Virus record (IMG/VR): IMGVR_UViG_3300009159_000053
Location: 1 to 64,000 of that record
Source: a virus
Length of the DNA: 64,000 bases
Direction: 5' to 3' (one strand)
This document shows positions 25,188 to 34,403 of this stretch, one piece after another. A program made the translations under genes and the position numbers. The notes beneath the pieces are model-generated. The model was not told where the DNA came from and did no database searches. It worked only from the letters and a program-made list of their open reading frames with translations. Within the stretch, counting starts at the first letter, position 1. Every line of letters starts with the position of its first letter.

Positions 25188-25790
25188 CTAAAGTCTTGGG
25201 GCGTCTCTGTATTTAGGATCTTTCATTTGTTCGGCAACTGCCTTCTCGACCTCATTATAGAAGTTTTTTCCTAAGAGCCTTGCAAGAGCGTAAGAATCTG
25301 CGGCATTGTCATCATTAAATTCTATGCCCCATCTCTTGTATATTTGTAGCAACATCTCTTGTTTTTTTGCATTACCTTTTCCTGCAGCAAACTTTTTTAA
25401 GGTCATAGGTGGAACTTTTAAGGGAAATTTTCGAGGATCATCCTCTTCAAAATAATCAAAAATAGTTAGTCTGACGGTGGCTGACAACTCTCCCAATACG
25501 AGGGCTGCATGACTAGCAAGAACGGTGCCCTCCATTGCTATGTCTAAAATTGTATTATTATTTTCTTCAAGATAATCTAGATGATCTACTAACCATTGTC
25601 TAATATCAGCAAGTCTTTCAATTCCAAAATAAGGTGATTTATAAACCCATGTAATATATTTTGTTGGATCTTCAAATTGAAGTGCAGTTAATGCAAAGCC
25701 AGTAAGTGATTGATCTATTCCTATTGTTACGTTACAGTCTTTAGGTAAATTACCATCAATCGCTTTGGTTGGCACGGCGTTCTCTTTCAT
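25188..25790 (-). CDS. RuvC-like Holliday junction resolvase
   Basis: IGIDQSLTG, AMEG, PPMTLKKF.GKGNAKK, DNAADS. Confidence 0.88.
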   Translation of the reverse strand: MKENAVPTKAIDGNLPKDCNVTIGIDQSLTGFALTALQFEDPTKYITWVYKSPYFGIERLADIRQWLVDHLDYLEENNNTILDIAMEGTVLASHAALVLGELSATVRLTIFDYFEEDDPRKFPLKVPPMTLKKFAAGKGNAKKQEMLLQIYKRWGIEFNDDNAADSYALARLLGKNFYNEVEKAVAEQMKDPKYRDAPRL

Positions 25791-26052
25791 CTATGACCAT
25801 TTGCACAGTCCCTAGATAACCCGCCCCATCAACTAGGTTGTCTCTCTTTTGTTGGTGCACTTCACGACAAATTTTTACCCATGCCATTGCTAATCCAACC
25901 TGTTCTTCAGTTACTTTAGTATTAAAAATAACTTCCCAACCTTTAGCAATACGATTAAAATTGTCTAACGGATGATCGTAAGACTTGTTACGATCACCCG
26001 TTATCAAACGCTGTGCTTCTTCAAGCACCGTCTCGTTATGGAACTCTGACAT
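25756..26052 (-). CDS. DUF6378-like protein
   Basis: LEEA..LI.GDR...Y..P..NF.RIA..W...KI.R...DN.VD.AGY. Confidence 0.8.
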   Translation of the reverse strand: MSEFHNETVLEEAQRLITGDRNKSYDHPLDNFNRIAKGWEVIFNTKVTEEQVGLAMAWVKICREVHQQKRDNLVDGAGYLGTVQMVIDERERRANQSD

Positions 26053-26929
26053 ACCGCCCAGTCACAAATTCATTCTTTGCCTCTGTGGTTGTAGCCATGA
26101 TTGCATTAAAGGTCTCATCAAAGGTTGCTTTTTTATTTAACAACCACCAACCTGCTAATGCTGCTGCAGAGTTAGATGTACCAACAACAAACTTAGTAGA
26201 TCCATCTGTAAGTTTTGTGTAGTAACGAGCATTCAAATAGAAATCTACTTGACCCTGTGCGCCATTACTGTATCGAGCAATGTATGGAGCAGCCGCTGCA
26301 TCATAAGCATATGGTTCAGATCCTGACCATGGATTATCAGTTGCACCAACTGCCACAGTATCTGGCAAACATGCTGGTGAGAATACGGCTTTTCTATTTG
26401 AGTCATTACCAACTGCGGCAATAACAGGAACATTTACTGCCTTTAATGTTGCAATAGATTCGCTCATTCCAGCAGGAACTCTGCAGTTACCCATCACAGC
26501 ACCCTGTGCAAGTAATACTACTGAGATGTTGTACTTTGCTCTGTTTGTAATAATCCAATCTAAAGCATTCTGCACATCATTTAAGTTATACAGACCAGCA
26601 ACTCCTGCTGGAGTCATTCCAACAATTCTTATTGGAATAATCTTTGCCGATGGATTTACAGCCGTGACAATAGACGCCATCTGTGTTCCGTGATTTAACA
26701 TCTTGTCATTTGTAGGAGCAAGGTTTGCAGCCCCTGGACCTTCCATAATGCTCTGTTGATTTGGGCATCTAGGAAGATTGATTAGACAGACTTCATATGC
26801 AATTTTATTTGCAAATAAAGAAGTAGCAACACCGCTATCAATTATTGCGATTGTTGGTTCGCTGTTTGCTTTTGCAGGTGATATAAGTCCAGTTATTAAA
26901 ACTAGAACAAGCATCATTATTTTATTCAT
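26036..26929 (-). CDS. subtilisin-like S8 serine protease with signal peptide
   Basis: Triad IIDSG / NHGT / GTS; AAVGN oxyanion motif; AKA signal-peptidase site. Confidence 0.9.
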   Translation of the reverse strand: MNKIMMLVLVLITGLISPAKANSEPTIAIIDSGVATSLFANKIAYEVCLINLPRCPNQQSIMEGPGAANLAPTNDKMLNHGTQMASIVTAVNPSAKIIPIRIVGMTPAGVAGLYNLNDVQNALDWIITNRAKYNISVVLLAQGAVMGNCRVPAGMSESIATLKAVNVPVIAAVGNDSNRKAVFSPACLPDTVAVGATDNPWSGSEPYAYDAAAAPYIARYSNGAQGQVDFYLNARYYTKLTDGSTKFVVGTSNSAAALAGWWLLNKKATFDETFNAIMATTTEAKNEFVTGRYVRVP

Positions 26930-27390
26930 GTTATGAATGTATCCCTCCGTCCCATTCGGGACTCGTTTGTTCTCCGTGTTATTTCCCTCGAAACTAAAGT
27001 GATATCCCGTTCTTGATTTGAGAGCATCATCTCTAAGATCTTGCGATAAGCATACCGTTCCTCATAGGTATCTCCTAATTGGATAATCTCTGGATCGGTA
27101 GCAATCTGAGCCTTGGCTAAACTTACGGTTGAGCCTTTTGAGGCTGCTCCCATCTTGAGTATGAGCAGTTTGTTCTCAGCCATGTCTAAGGCTCTTTGAG
27201 CCTCACGCTCACTAAGTTGAGCCTGAACTAACTGCGAAGCAAAGTAATCGGCCCAACCAGTAAGAGTAGTAAACATTATTGCTAAATCTTCACTGCTCAA
27301 CTCTGTAATGTCAGGTGGTAATACTGCTTGTTCGTACTGTGGCTTTGGTAGGGCAAGACCCCTCTTCATTAAGACTTCTATCTCACTCAT
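26926..27390 (-). CDS. helical protein, possibly a UvsY-like recombination mediator
   Basis: Coiled coil ending VSREITRR; lies in the recombination cluster. Confidence 0.5.
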   Translation of the reverse strand: MSEIEVLMKRGLALPKPQYEQAVLPPDITELSSEDLAIMFTTLTGWADYFASQLVQAQLSEREAQRALDMAENKLLILKMGAASKGSTVSLAKAQIATDPEIIQLGDTYEERYAYRKILEMMLSNQERDITLVSREITRRTNESRMGRRDTFIT

Positions 27391-28232
27391 TATTTTCCAA
27401 TCAAAGAGCAGTACTTACAGCCAACAGGATCGACATTACAGGCAGGTGAAACACCTGCATCAACTGCATCTATAACTTTCTGTGCAGCATTAAAGATTCT
27501 TTCTACTACGTAGTAGTCAGATTTAATTGTGAACTCTTTATAATCTTGGTCTGCTTTTAATTCATAAATAAAAACAATTTCATTGGGAGCATCATCGCCA
27601 AATTGTCTTTTGGCTAACTCTAAGTACATCTGTCCTTGAAGTAAGTGAGTTCTAAATGGACGGCGAATGTTTTTCCAAGCCTTTGTTAAGTCACCGTCTG
27701 CATCATAGAGTAACTCTGGCGCTTCAAACCTAAGTGTTCCTGCCCCAATAGATTTGATTTCAATTAAACAATCATCTCCAATACCTTTGACCCAACCATC
27801 TGCATGACCATGAATACGAAGGGGTTCATAAACTAAAGGAACCTCTTTGTACTCAAAGACTGATGGGCCATTATTTACCTCAGAACTAACTCCCCACTCA
27901 GATCTATCATCTGTTTCACAGTACCAGTTTCCATACAAGACACCCATATCTGCTAATCGATTTTGCCATTTAGCATGGATGAAATGTCCTTCATCAAATA
28001 TATTTTGAAGGCGAAGATTAGGTTTTTCTTTCTTGGCCTTACCACCATTTAATAGATAATAAGCATACTTGTGACACCAGTCGGCTTTAATAATTTCAGA
28101 AGGATGAAGTACGTCCGTCCTTCTATCTGACTCTGGCTGTCTCATTAGGTGACGTTCTATGTCTCCTATTAATCTAGTATCAGCCTTTTTAGTATCAAGG
28201 AACTTCTGTAAGTCTGTCTTAGGTGTTGCCAT
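27390..28232 (-). CDS. Cas4-like PD-(D/E)XK exonuclease
   Basis: HPSE..C, GHADG, EIKS, Q..Y, C-terminal C..GCKYC; start moved to MATPK. Confidence 0.85.
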   Translation of the reverse strand: MATPKTDLQKFLDTKKADTRLIGDIERHLMRQPESDRRTDVLHPSEIIKADWCHKYAYYLLNGGKAKKEKPNLRLQNIFDEGHFIHAKWQNRLADMGVLYGNWYCETDDRSEWGVSSEVNNGPSVFEYKEVPLVYEPLRIHGHADGWVKGIGDDCLIEIKSIGAGTLRFEAPELLYDADGDLTKAWKNIRRPFRTHLLQGQMYLELAKRQFGDDAPNEIVFIYELKADQDYKEFTIKSDYYVVERIFNAAQKVIDAVDAGVSPACNVDPVGCKYCSLIGK

Positions 28233-28555
28233 TAGTATTCCTTGTCTGTACTGAAAATAAATTCTCTTAGGGACATTTTCTTTTTGTATTTCTTTTGCCA
28301 CTTTCTCATTAAAGCATTACGTTCTCTGTGGCTTAACCCACCCCAGATTCCGTGTGGCTCATCTCTTTTAACGGCATCCCACAAACATTGGGCACGTACT
28401 GGACAATGGTTTTTTCCTGTCTCACCAAAACAAAATGCTTTGGCCTGATCAGCAATGTCCTTGTACTGCTCTTTATCACGAGGAGGGTAGAAGATGTCGG
28501 TGTCTTGTCCCGAACATCTTGCTTCGTATCTCCAGGCATACTCTGGTTCATCCAT
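28232..28555 (-). CDS. whiB: WhiB-family transcription factor
   Basis: ARC..DTDIFYP...AKAFC...CPVRAQCL...GIWGGLSHRER. Confidence 0.9.
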   Translation of the reverse strand: MDEPEYAWRYEARCSGQDTDIFYPPRDKEQYKDIADQAKAFCFGETGKNHCPVRAQCLWDAVKRDEPHGIWGGLSHRERNALMRKWQKKYKKKMSLREFIFSTDKEY

Positions 28556-28558
28556 GTG

Positions 28559-28876
28559 TTAGGCATCCTTGACTTTCTCTAGCATTTCTATGAAGTCGTC
28601 TTCAAGGAGAACCACGTAATTCTCCCCATCTAAATGGATACCAAGTACTGGCATTCTTCCATCTAAAATTGCCTCTCTTACTATTTTTTTTAAGACCGTA
28701 GACTTTATCGTAGTCTGTTTTTTACCAGTCCACTTATGTTCAATCAGCAGGTCGGCTGATCTTACATCGCCTTTACGTGACCAAAACGCACCAGAAGCAG
28801 CATTACGAGAACCGTTAACTTTTTTAGCGAGTCTCTTCTCATGCTTCTGAGATTGTTTTTGTCCTTCAGTCTTCAA
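28559..28876 (-). CDS. PD-(D/E)XK resolvase-like nuclease
   Basis: HEKRLAK...SGA...KGDV...IEHK. Confidence 0.75.
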   Translation of the reverse strand: MKTEGQKQSQKHEKRLAKKVNGSRNAASGAFWSRKGDVRSADLLIEHKWTGKKQTTIKSTVLKKIVREAILDGRMPVLGIHLDGENYVVLLEDDFIEMLEKVKDA

Positions 28877-29114
28877 GTTCTATTTTGCCACTCTCGTAGC
28901 CCTCCAGCAAACGAGGAACAATATAGAACATTGTTTCACGCCAAAAACAAGGAGAACAACCACAAAATGGTTCTCCTGAAAGCGTTTCTAAAATTTCATC
29001 TTCGTCACCTTCCCACACGGCTTCAAAAAGCATGTCTGTATAAGTTTCTACACCTTTTTCTAAATCATGCGCCCATGCTTCATCGTTTACTATAAATTTT
29101 TTACTTTCAATCAT
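28866..29114 (-). CDS. hypothetical protein
   Basis: FCGCSPC..RE; start moved to MIESKK. Confidence 0.6.
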   Translation of the reverse strand: MIESKKFIVNDEAWAHDLEKGVETYTDMLFEAVWEGDEDEILETLSGEPFCGCSPCFWRETMFYIVPRLLEGYESGKIELED

Positions 29115-30156
29115 TGTCAAAACCTCCAGCCATCGGTACATCGGAGGAACTAAGTACAACCTTTTGTAGTTCTTCCTTGAGATCAATTTCGCCACGGATA
29201 CTATCAATGACTGGTTCAATTCCCTGCCATTTTCTTTCTCCATAGTAATACCACCCACCTTTACGATCTATTATTCCTTTTACAACTGCTAGTGCTGCAA
29301 TTTCTTTTGCAAAATCGTATTCTCCTGGCAAACAATGGCCTCCATCTGCAAAATAAAAATCAAAATAAGCAACTCTTTGTGGAGGTGCTGTTTTATTTTT
29401 TAATGTTCTAACTTTAATTCTTTGTCCAATACGAACCTTATTACCGCTAGGTCCAACCTCAATCCATTCGTCTCTGCGAATTTCACATCTTGTAAAGAAG
29501 GCATAATTTTTTCCTTCTCCTCCTGGAGTTGTTCTTGGGTCGCCATGCATTACGCCAATCTTCATTCGATATTGGTTAATTATTAATCCTAAAACAGGAC
29601 GTTCATCTTCTACAAGACTTCTTTTAATTGCAGAACCAACAACTCGAAAAAACTTATTGGTAAGCAATGCACCTCTACCAACAGTCATTTCATTCATATC
29701 TTTTTCCATTTCAGGAGCAGGAGATAGAGCAGGCAAAGAATCAATAACAATTGCATCTACTGATTTTGATTCAGCAAATTCAATTACAGCCTGATACGCC
29801 TCTTCCATAATATTTGTTTCAATAACAATTACCCTAGAAGTGTCTACCCCACACATTTCTGCATAGTCAGGTACCCATTGTTCTGCGGCTACCCACACTG
29901 TTGTGTGTTCTGGGTTTAACTTTTGATTTGCTGCAATAGTTTTTAAAGCAACTGCAGTTTTTCCGTGAGAAGGTTCTCCTATTAATTCATTCCATTGATT
30001 TCCAGGAAATCCCCCTCCAAGAACATAGTCTAAGGTAGTTGAACCAGACGTAATTCTAGGAACCAAATCACTACGAATATCGGAAGCAATTACTACAACA
30101 TTATTACCAAACTTTTTATTTAATTGAGCAACAATCTTTTTGGCTTCGTCATTCAT
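29107..30156 (-). CDS. recA: RecA/UvsX-like recombinase
   Basis: LD.VLGGG.P, GEPSHGKT, IVIDS, INQ.R.KIGVM.G.P.TTPGG. Confidence 0.95.
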   Translation of the reverse strand: MNDEAKKIVAQLNKKFGNNVVVIASDIRSDLVPRITSGSTTLDYVLGGGFPGNQWNELIGEPSHGKTAVALKTIAANQKLNPEHTTVWVAAEQWVPDYAEMCGVDTSRVIVIETNIMEEAYQAVIEFAESKSVDAIVIDSLPALSPAPEMEKDMNEMTVGRGALLTNKFFRVVGSAIKRSLVEDERPVLGLIINQYRMKIGVMHGDPRTTPGGEGKNYAFFTRCEIRRDEWIEVGPSGNKVRIGQRIKVRTLKNKTAPPQRVAYFDFYFADGGHCLPGEYDFAKEIAALAVVKGIIDRKGGWYYYGERKWQGIEPVIDSIRGEIDLKEELQKVVLSSSDVPMAGGFDND

Positions 30157-30530
30157 TACTCTATTCTCCCAATTATTCCTTGTGGATTCCAATTACTTTG
30201 CGTGTCATTACCTATAGAAGATTTTATATTTCCTTCTACTTTTGCACCAGTTAGTGATCCAAATTTACTTCCTGATTGTTGTAAAGGATATCCGCAATCG
30301 TAACATCTTGGAGCAGCGTTTTGAACAGCCATGTAGTTATTACTATTACAGTCAGGACACGACTGAGTTTGACCCGTGCTTCCAATACGAATACTTGGTT
30401 GTTGAGGTTGTGGTGGAACATATGGAGTCATAGGTTGTTGAGAAGGAGGCATTGGAACATTCTCAGTTCTTGGTTGTACAACCTGTGGTTGTGTTCCAAG
30501 TTGTTTAGCCCACCAATCTGAGTTACTCAT
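30156..30530 (-). CDS. Pro/Gln-rich Zn-ribbon protein
   Basis: CPDC...RCYDCGYP. Confidence 0.75.
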   Translation of the reverse strand: MSNSDWWAKQLGTQPQVVQPRTENVPMPPSQQPMTPYVPPQPQQPSIRIGSTGQTQSCPDCNSNNYMAVQNAAPRCYDCGYPLQQSGSKFGSLTGAKVEGNIKSSIGNDTQSNWNPQGIIGRIE

Positions 30531-30679
30531 TTTTGTTTTAACTCCTTTGCAATGGCACGACGCAATCTTCGTCCAGTTAATGTTGAAACTTGAACACGAG
30601 ATGATTTTCCATGTCCAACAAGTGAAACTTTCCTTATTTTAGGAAGGTCTTTATTTAAAGAGTTTTTAGTAACAATCAT
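30527..30679 (-). CDS. small basic protein (50 aa)
   Basis: Hand-translated MIVTKNSLNK...; ATGA overlaps on both sides. Confidence 0.5.
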   Translation of the reverse strand: MIVTKNSLNKDLPKIRKVSLVGHGKSSRVQVSTLTGRRLRRAIAKELKQK

Positions 30680-32676
30680 TTTGCCTCTCCCCATTTGTCT
30701 ACTATTTTTACATCGGCAATTAGTGGAACAATAATTGCTGGGATGTGTACGCCTTCCATTGATTCTCTAACTGCTTCGGCAACCGATTCTGCTAGATCTT
30801 CACGAGCAACTGTAACAAGTTCATCATGCACAGTCAAAATTACATTGGCATCAGGTTCTGTTACTAAACAAGAGTGGGCTCTAATAATTGCTAACTTCAT
30901 TAAATCTGCTGCAGATCCTTGAATTACTGTGTTAAATGCTTGTCTTTCAGCCCTTGCTCTTAAACCTATCTCTTTACTTTTTAAATCTGGCAAGTATCTT
31001 CTGCGTCCATATACAGTGGGAACATATGGGACTGGACTTTTTGCCAAGGCTTGTCTAATAATTTTGGCTTTATATTTTGATATATCGTGAAACTTTTCTG
31101 TAAATCTATTTAATAAATTTTTTGCATCAGTAACTGTACAGCCAATACTTGCTGCAATTTTTTCTGGGCCAACACCGTAAGCAATAGAAAGAACAAGAAC
31201 CTTTCCCGCTTTACGATCTACTCCCATTGTATTGCCAATTGTTGTGTAGATATCTTCTCCATCTAAATAGTTTTTTACCATAATTGGATCTTTAGAAAAA
31301 GAAGCAATGATTCTAGGTTCAATCTGAGAGTAATCAGCAACTATTAATTTATATCCAGGAGGTGCAACAAATAGGTTTCTAATTAACTTTCCATACTCTC
31401 CTGCACTAGGTATGTTTTGTAAATTTGGATCGCTGCTGGAGAATCTGCCAGTTTCTGCTCCGTGGGCTTTAAAGTTGGTATGAACTCTGCCATTAATTAA
31501 CAAACTTTTTTTATCAAAAACTTTTTCTTTACCCATTGTAGTTCTTGTAACTTCTCCACCTAAATATGGCATAACGTAAGTTGTCATTAATTTATTTAAA
31601 TCTTGATACTCAAGAATTGCATCGACTAACTCATCTTTAGACCTATAAAATTCAAGAGCATCTGATGAAACAGAGTAATGATAGATAGTTAAGTTACTTG
31701 CATCAGTTGCTGCAACGGCTTGTCCTCTTGCAGTAAGGGCTACCCGTACACGTAAATTTGGTTTAATGCCACGACCTTCTGGTTTGGAAGAGAACAACAA
31801 TTCTTGTTTTTCTTTTACCGAATTCATAGCAAAAGGTTTTCCAGTTAATTTCCAAGCCTTAGCCTTTGCTAAATCAATGTCTTTTTCAAGACTTGCTTTT
31901 AAAGAAGTAAGTTCTTTTACATCAATTGTTGCACCAGTTAATTCCATATCACATAATGCTGGAATTAATCCCATTTCTAAATCCCATACATCTTTTAATC
32001 CGTTTTGTAATTTTGGAGAAAAAGTTTTATATAAATTCCAAGTTACTTCTGCATCTATGCCTGCATATTTAGCCACGACAGAAAAAGCGTGAGCCTCAAC
32101 TTCTGCACCTACGCCTTTTTCTACTTTTAAACTTAACTCTCTTTCAGCACAAGCAGCAAGATTTAAGGCTATTCTATTTCTATTGTCAATGATAAACGCT
32201 GCCATTAGAGTATCAAAAAATGGTTTTGAGGGAACAACACCACGATAATATTTAGCAATTGATTTTAAATCAAATTTAATGTTATGTCCTATTTTTAGTT
32301 TGTCACTAAAAAACAATGGTTTTAATGCTTGAAACACTTCACCAGGTAGTAACTGTTCTGGTGGTAAATCAAATACTGGTTTCCATTTTGCTTGGTTTTT
32401 AGAATAGTCGGCATCTGTTAAAGGTTTACCAGCAACTGCCTTGCGTTGACCACTTAACAAAATTTCTTTATCCCAACTTAAAAATTCCCCATTAGGATGA
32501 CCCATGGGAATTACATCTGTTCTTCCTTCTGTTGCTAAAGAAATCCACAATACGTCGTTTACCACAGGTTGAATTCTGTTTTCTCCAACTGTTTCTACAT
32601 CAAATGCAAATGCATTTACTGATGAGTAATACTCGACCAGATCTCTTAGTTGTTCTTTAGTTGTAATAATGTTCAT
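30676..32676 (-). CDS. polA: family A DNA polymerase (3'-5' exonuclease plus polymerase)
   Basis: FDVET, HNIKFD, TGRFSSSDPNLQNIP, ADYSQIE, motif B RKAGKVLVLSIAYG, VHDE. Confidence 0.95.
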   Translation of the reverse strand: MNIITTKEQLRDLVEYYSSVNAFAFDVETVGENRIQPVVNDVLWISLATEGRTDVIPMGHPNGEFLSWDKEILLSGQRKAVAGKPLTDADYSKNQAKWKPVFDLPPEQLLPGEVFQALKPLFFSDKLKIGHNIKFDLKSIAKYYRGVVPSKPFFDTLMAAFIIDNRNRIALNLAACAERELSLKVEKGVGAEVEAHAFSVVAKYAGIDAEVTWNLYKTFSPKLQNGLKDVWDLEMGLIPALCDMELTGATIDVKELTSLKASLEKDIDLAKAKAWKLTGKPFAMNSVKEKQELLFSSKPEGRGIKPNLRVRVALTARGQAVAATDASNLTIYHYSVSSDALEFYRSKDELVDAILEYQDLNKLMTTYVMPYLGGEVTRTTMGKEKVFDKKSLLINGRVHTNFKAHGAETGRFSSSDPNLQNIPSAGEYGKLIRNLFVAPPGYKLIVADYSQIEPRIIASFSKDPIMVKNYLDGEDIYTTIGNTMGVDRKAGKVLVLSIAYGVGPEKIAASIGCTVTDAKNLLNRFTEKFHDISKYKAKIIRQALAKSPVPYVPTVYGRRRYLPDLKSKEIGLRARAERQAFNTVIQGSAADLMKLAIIRAHSCLVTEPDANVILTVHDELVTVAREDLAESVAEAVRESMEGVHIPAIIVPLIADVKIVDKWGEAK

Positions 32677-32700
32677 TATTTTCCCTCACTAATAAGTTAA

Positions 32701-32740
32701 GTGGTGGAGCCTGAAAACGGAAATAAACAGGCTCCGCCAC
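32701..32740 (-). other. 13-bp hairpin with 14-nt loop between ssb and polA
   Basis: GTGGTGGAGCCTG-AAAACGGAAATAAA-CAGGCTCCGCCAC. Confidence 0.7.
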
Positions 32741-32753
32741 ATTGGAATCTTGG

Positions 32754-33413
32754 TTAAACCAAGGAACGAGCAATCTTAAGCATTTCGGAGCGAGGGGTCT
32801 CTCGAATTACTTCGGCTGTATACGGAACAGCCCGTGCTACTAGTTCTTGAACCTCATCGAGGTTCAACTTCCATTCCTCCGCTAGGTCACGACCACGAAC
32901 AAACTCCATAGTGTAGTTTGTTGTAGGCCCTGTACCCATCCGAGAAATTTCCCAGAACTCTTTTGACAGAGGTCCTTTGCGCTCATCTTCATGAGACTTT
33001 TTAATTAGTCTTGCAAGTGTTGGAGGTGCTGTAAGAATCTGCACACCCTGTGCTTCGCCAGTTAGTACAAGCACATTAAATGCAAAACGTGAACGTGGTT
33101 TACTTCCAAGGATGTCAGTAAACGGATCATTTTCTGCTAAAGCAACAAAAGATTTTTTGCCTGTTGGCCGTTCAATCCAATGCTGCTCGTAGACACGGAA
33201 GGGTCCATCCTCTAAGAATTTAATTAATTGTGGTTGTTCAGAAAAACGAAACTCTGTTGGAAACTCTGAGGAATTCTCAGTTAAGAGAGCCTCTGCTGCT
33301 TCCCAACCTTGTTGAACTGTAGTACCAATCTTTGGTTCTGCAGTTTCGCTGTCTTCATCTAAATAATTTGCAGGATTTTCTGCAACATCATTTGTTGGTT
33401 TGGTTATTGGCAT
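32754..33413 (-). CDS. gp32-like single-stranded DNA-binding protein
   Basis: IKFL...Y.QHW...FNV...W.ISR.GTG..T.Y; next to polA; start moved to MPITKP. Confidence 0.7.
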   Translation of the reverse strand: MPITKPTNDVAENPANYLDEDSETAEPKIGTTVQQGWEAAEALLTENSSEFPTEFRFSEQPQLIKFLEDGPFRVYEQHWIERPTGKKSFVALAENDPFTDILGSKPRSRFAFNVLVLTGEAQGVQILTAPPTLARLIKKSHEDERKGPLSKEFWEISRMGTGPTTNYTMEFVRGRDLAEEWKLNLDEVQELVARAVPYTAEVIRETPRSEMLKIARSLV

Positions 33414-33473
33414 TTGTTTCTTCTTTCGGTAATGAGGCACGGAGGATGTTGTATCACTGTACAAACTTAATCA

Positions 33474-33950
33474 CTACTGGCTCTCTAGGTTTGTGATTTC
33501 CTTCCAACGACTTATTAAAGCCTCTGTTAGGTCATCTTGGTTAGACCACTCTACACGAGCAGACCCTAGTAATCCACGTTTTGAAAACTCTTCAATAGCG
33601 GACTCAATTAATGGTCTGGTGTACACCCTATTTCCTCCAATTTTTTCTCCCTTTAGAGTTTTAGACCGAAGTCTATAAGGTGCTCTAGGTATGTAGCCTT
33701 TTCTTTCCCATAAGCGAACAGTAACAATTGTTTTTTCTAACGCTAGTGCTAATGCACTAATAGTAAAAACCTCTGTTTCTTTTCCACTTAATGTTTTAAT
33801 GATCGGATTTGCATCCCAACCATTACTCTCCCCGTTTTTACGGCGAGAAACTTTTGGATCTTCTTCACGGCGTTTTCTTTTAGAACCTGGAATGTATTCT
33901 AAATCAGCAAACGCTTCTAAAATTTCATCGTCTCCACGTAATCCAGCCAT
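33474..33950 (-). CDS. MerR-like HTH DNA-binding protein
   Basis: FTISALALAL...TVRLWERKGYIP...RVYT. Confidence 0.75.
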   Translation of the reverse strand: MAGLRGDDEILEAFADLEYIPGSKRKRREEDPKVSRRKNGESNGWDANPIIKTLSGKETEVFTISALALALEKTIVTVRLWERKGYIPRAPYRLRSKTLKGEKIGGNRVYTRPLIESAIEEFSKRGLLGSARVEWSNQDDLTEALISRWKEITNLESQ

Positions 33951-33952
33951 AA

Positions 33953-34393
33953 TTATCTCTTATTTAAAATTAAAGCCCATACAATTTTTTGTGGATACAT
34001 TAAGTCAACCTCTTCTTCAGTTAACTTTCCCTCATACAATGCGGCCATTAAAGCATCCTCATCAATAATCTGAATAGTTTTATACAACTCAGTTTCAAGA
34101 CCTTTAGACACAATTAAATTATCAGCCATTTGTGGATCAATTTTACGAGACACTCTTCTTTGTTTTTGTAACATGGTTACGCCGTCTATTTCATTTGGAA
34201 GTTCTACAAAAATATTTCCATTGCCATCGACTTCACCCTTGGTGTCTACAACTTCAAATATTTTTTCTTTGAGCAGTTTTAATTCTGACTCAAAATACTC
34301 AACTTGTTTTTTAAAAAATATATATTGTTTAGCCTGTGCTTCAAGGTCATCTATTGCAGCCACTCTAGGTTCTTCTTTTTTTATTCTTGCCAT
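33953..34393 (-). CDS. hypothetical coiled-coil protein (Gam/gp157-like)
   Basis: N-terminal coiled coil; replication-module context. Confidence 0.55.
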   Translation of the reverse strand: MARIKKEEPRVAAIDDLEAQAKQYIFFKKQVEYFESELKLLKEKIFEVVDTKGEVDGNGNIFVELPNEIDGVTMLQKQRRVSRKIDPQMADNLIVSKGLETELYKTIQIIDEDALMAALYEGKLTEEEVDLMYPQKIVWALILNKR

Positions 34394-34403
34394 GTTAACC
34401 CCC

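Noticed and set aside
27390-28232. Cas4 as evidence of a CRISPR-Cas system
   Set aside because: A solo Cas4-like exonuclease in a RecA/RuvC recombination cluster is common in phages.
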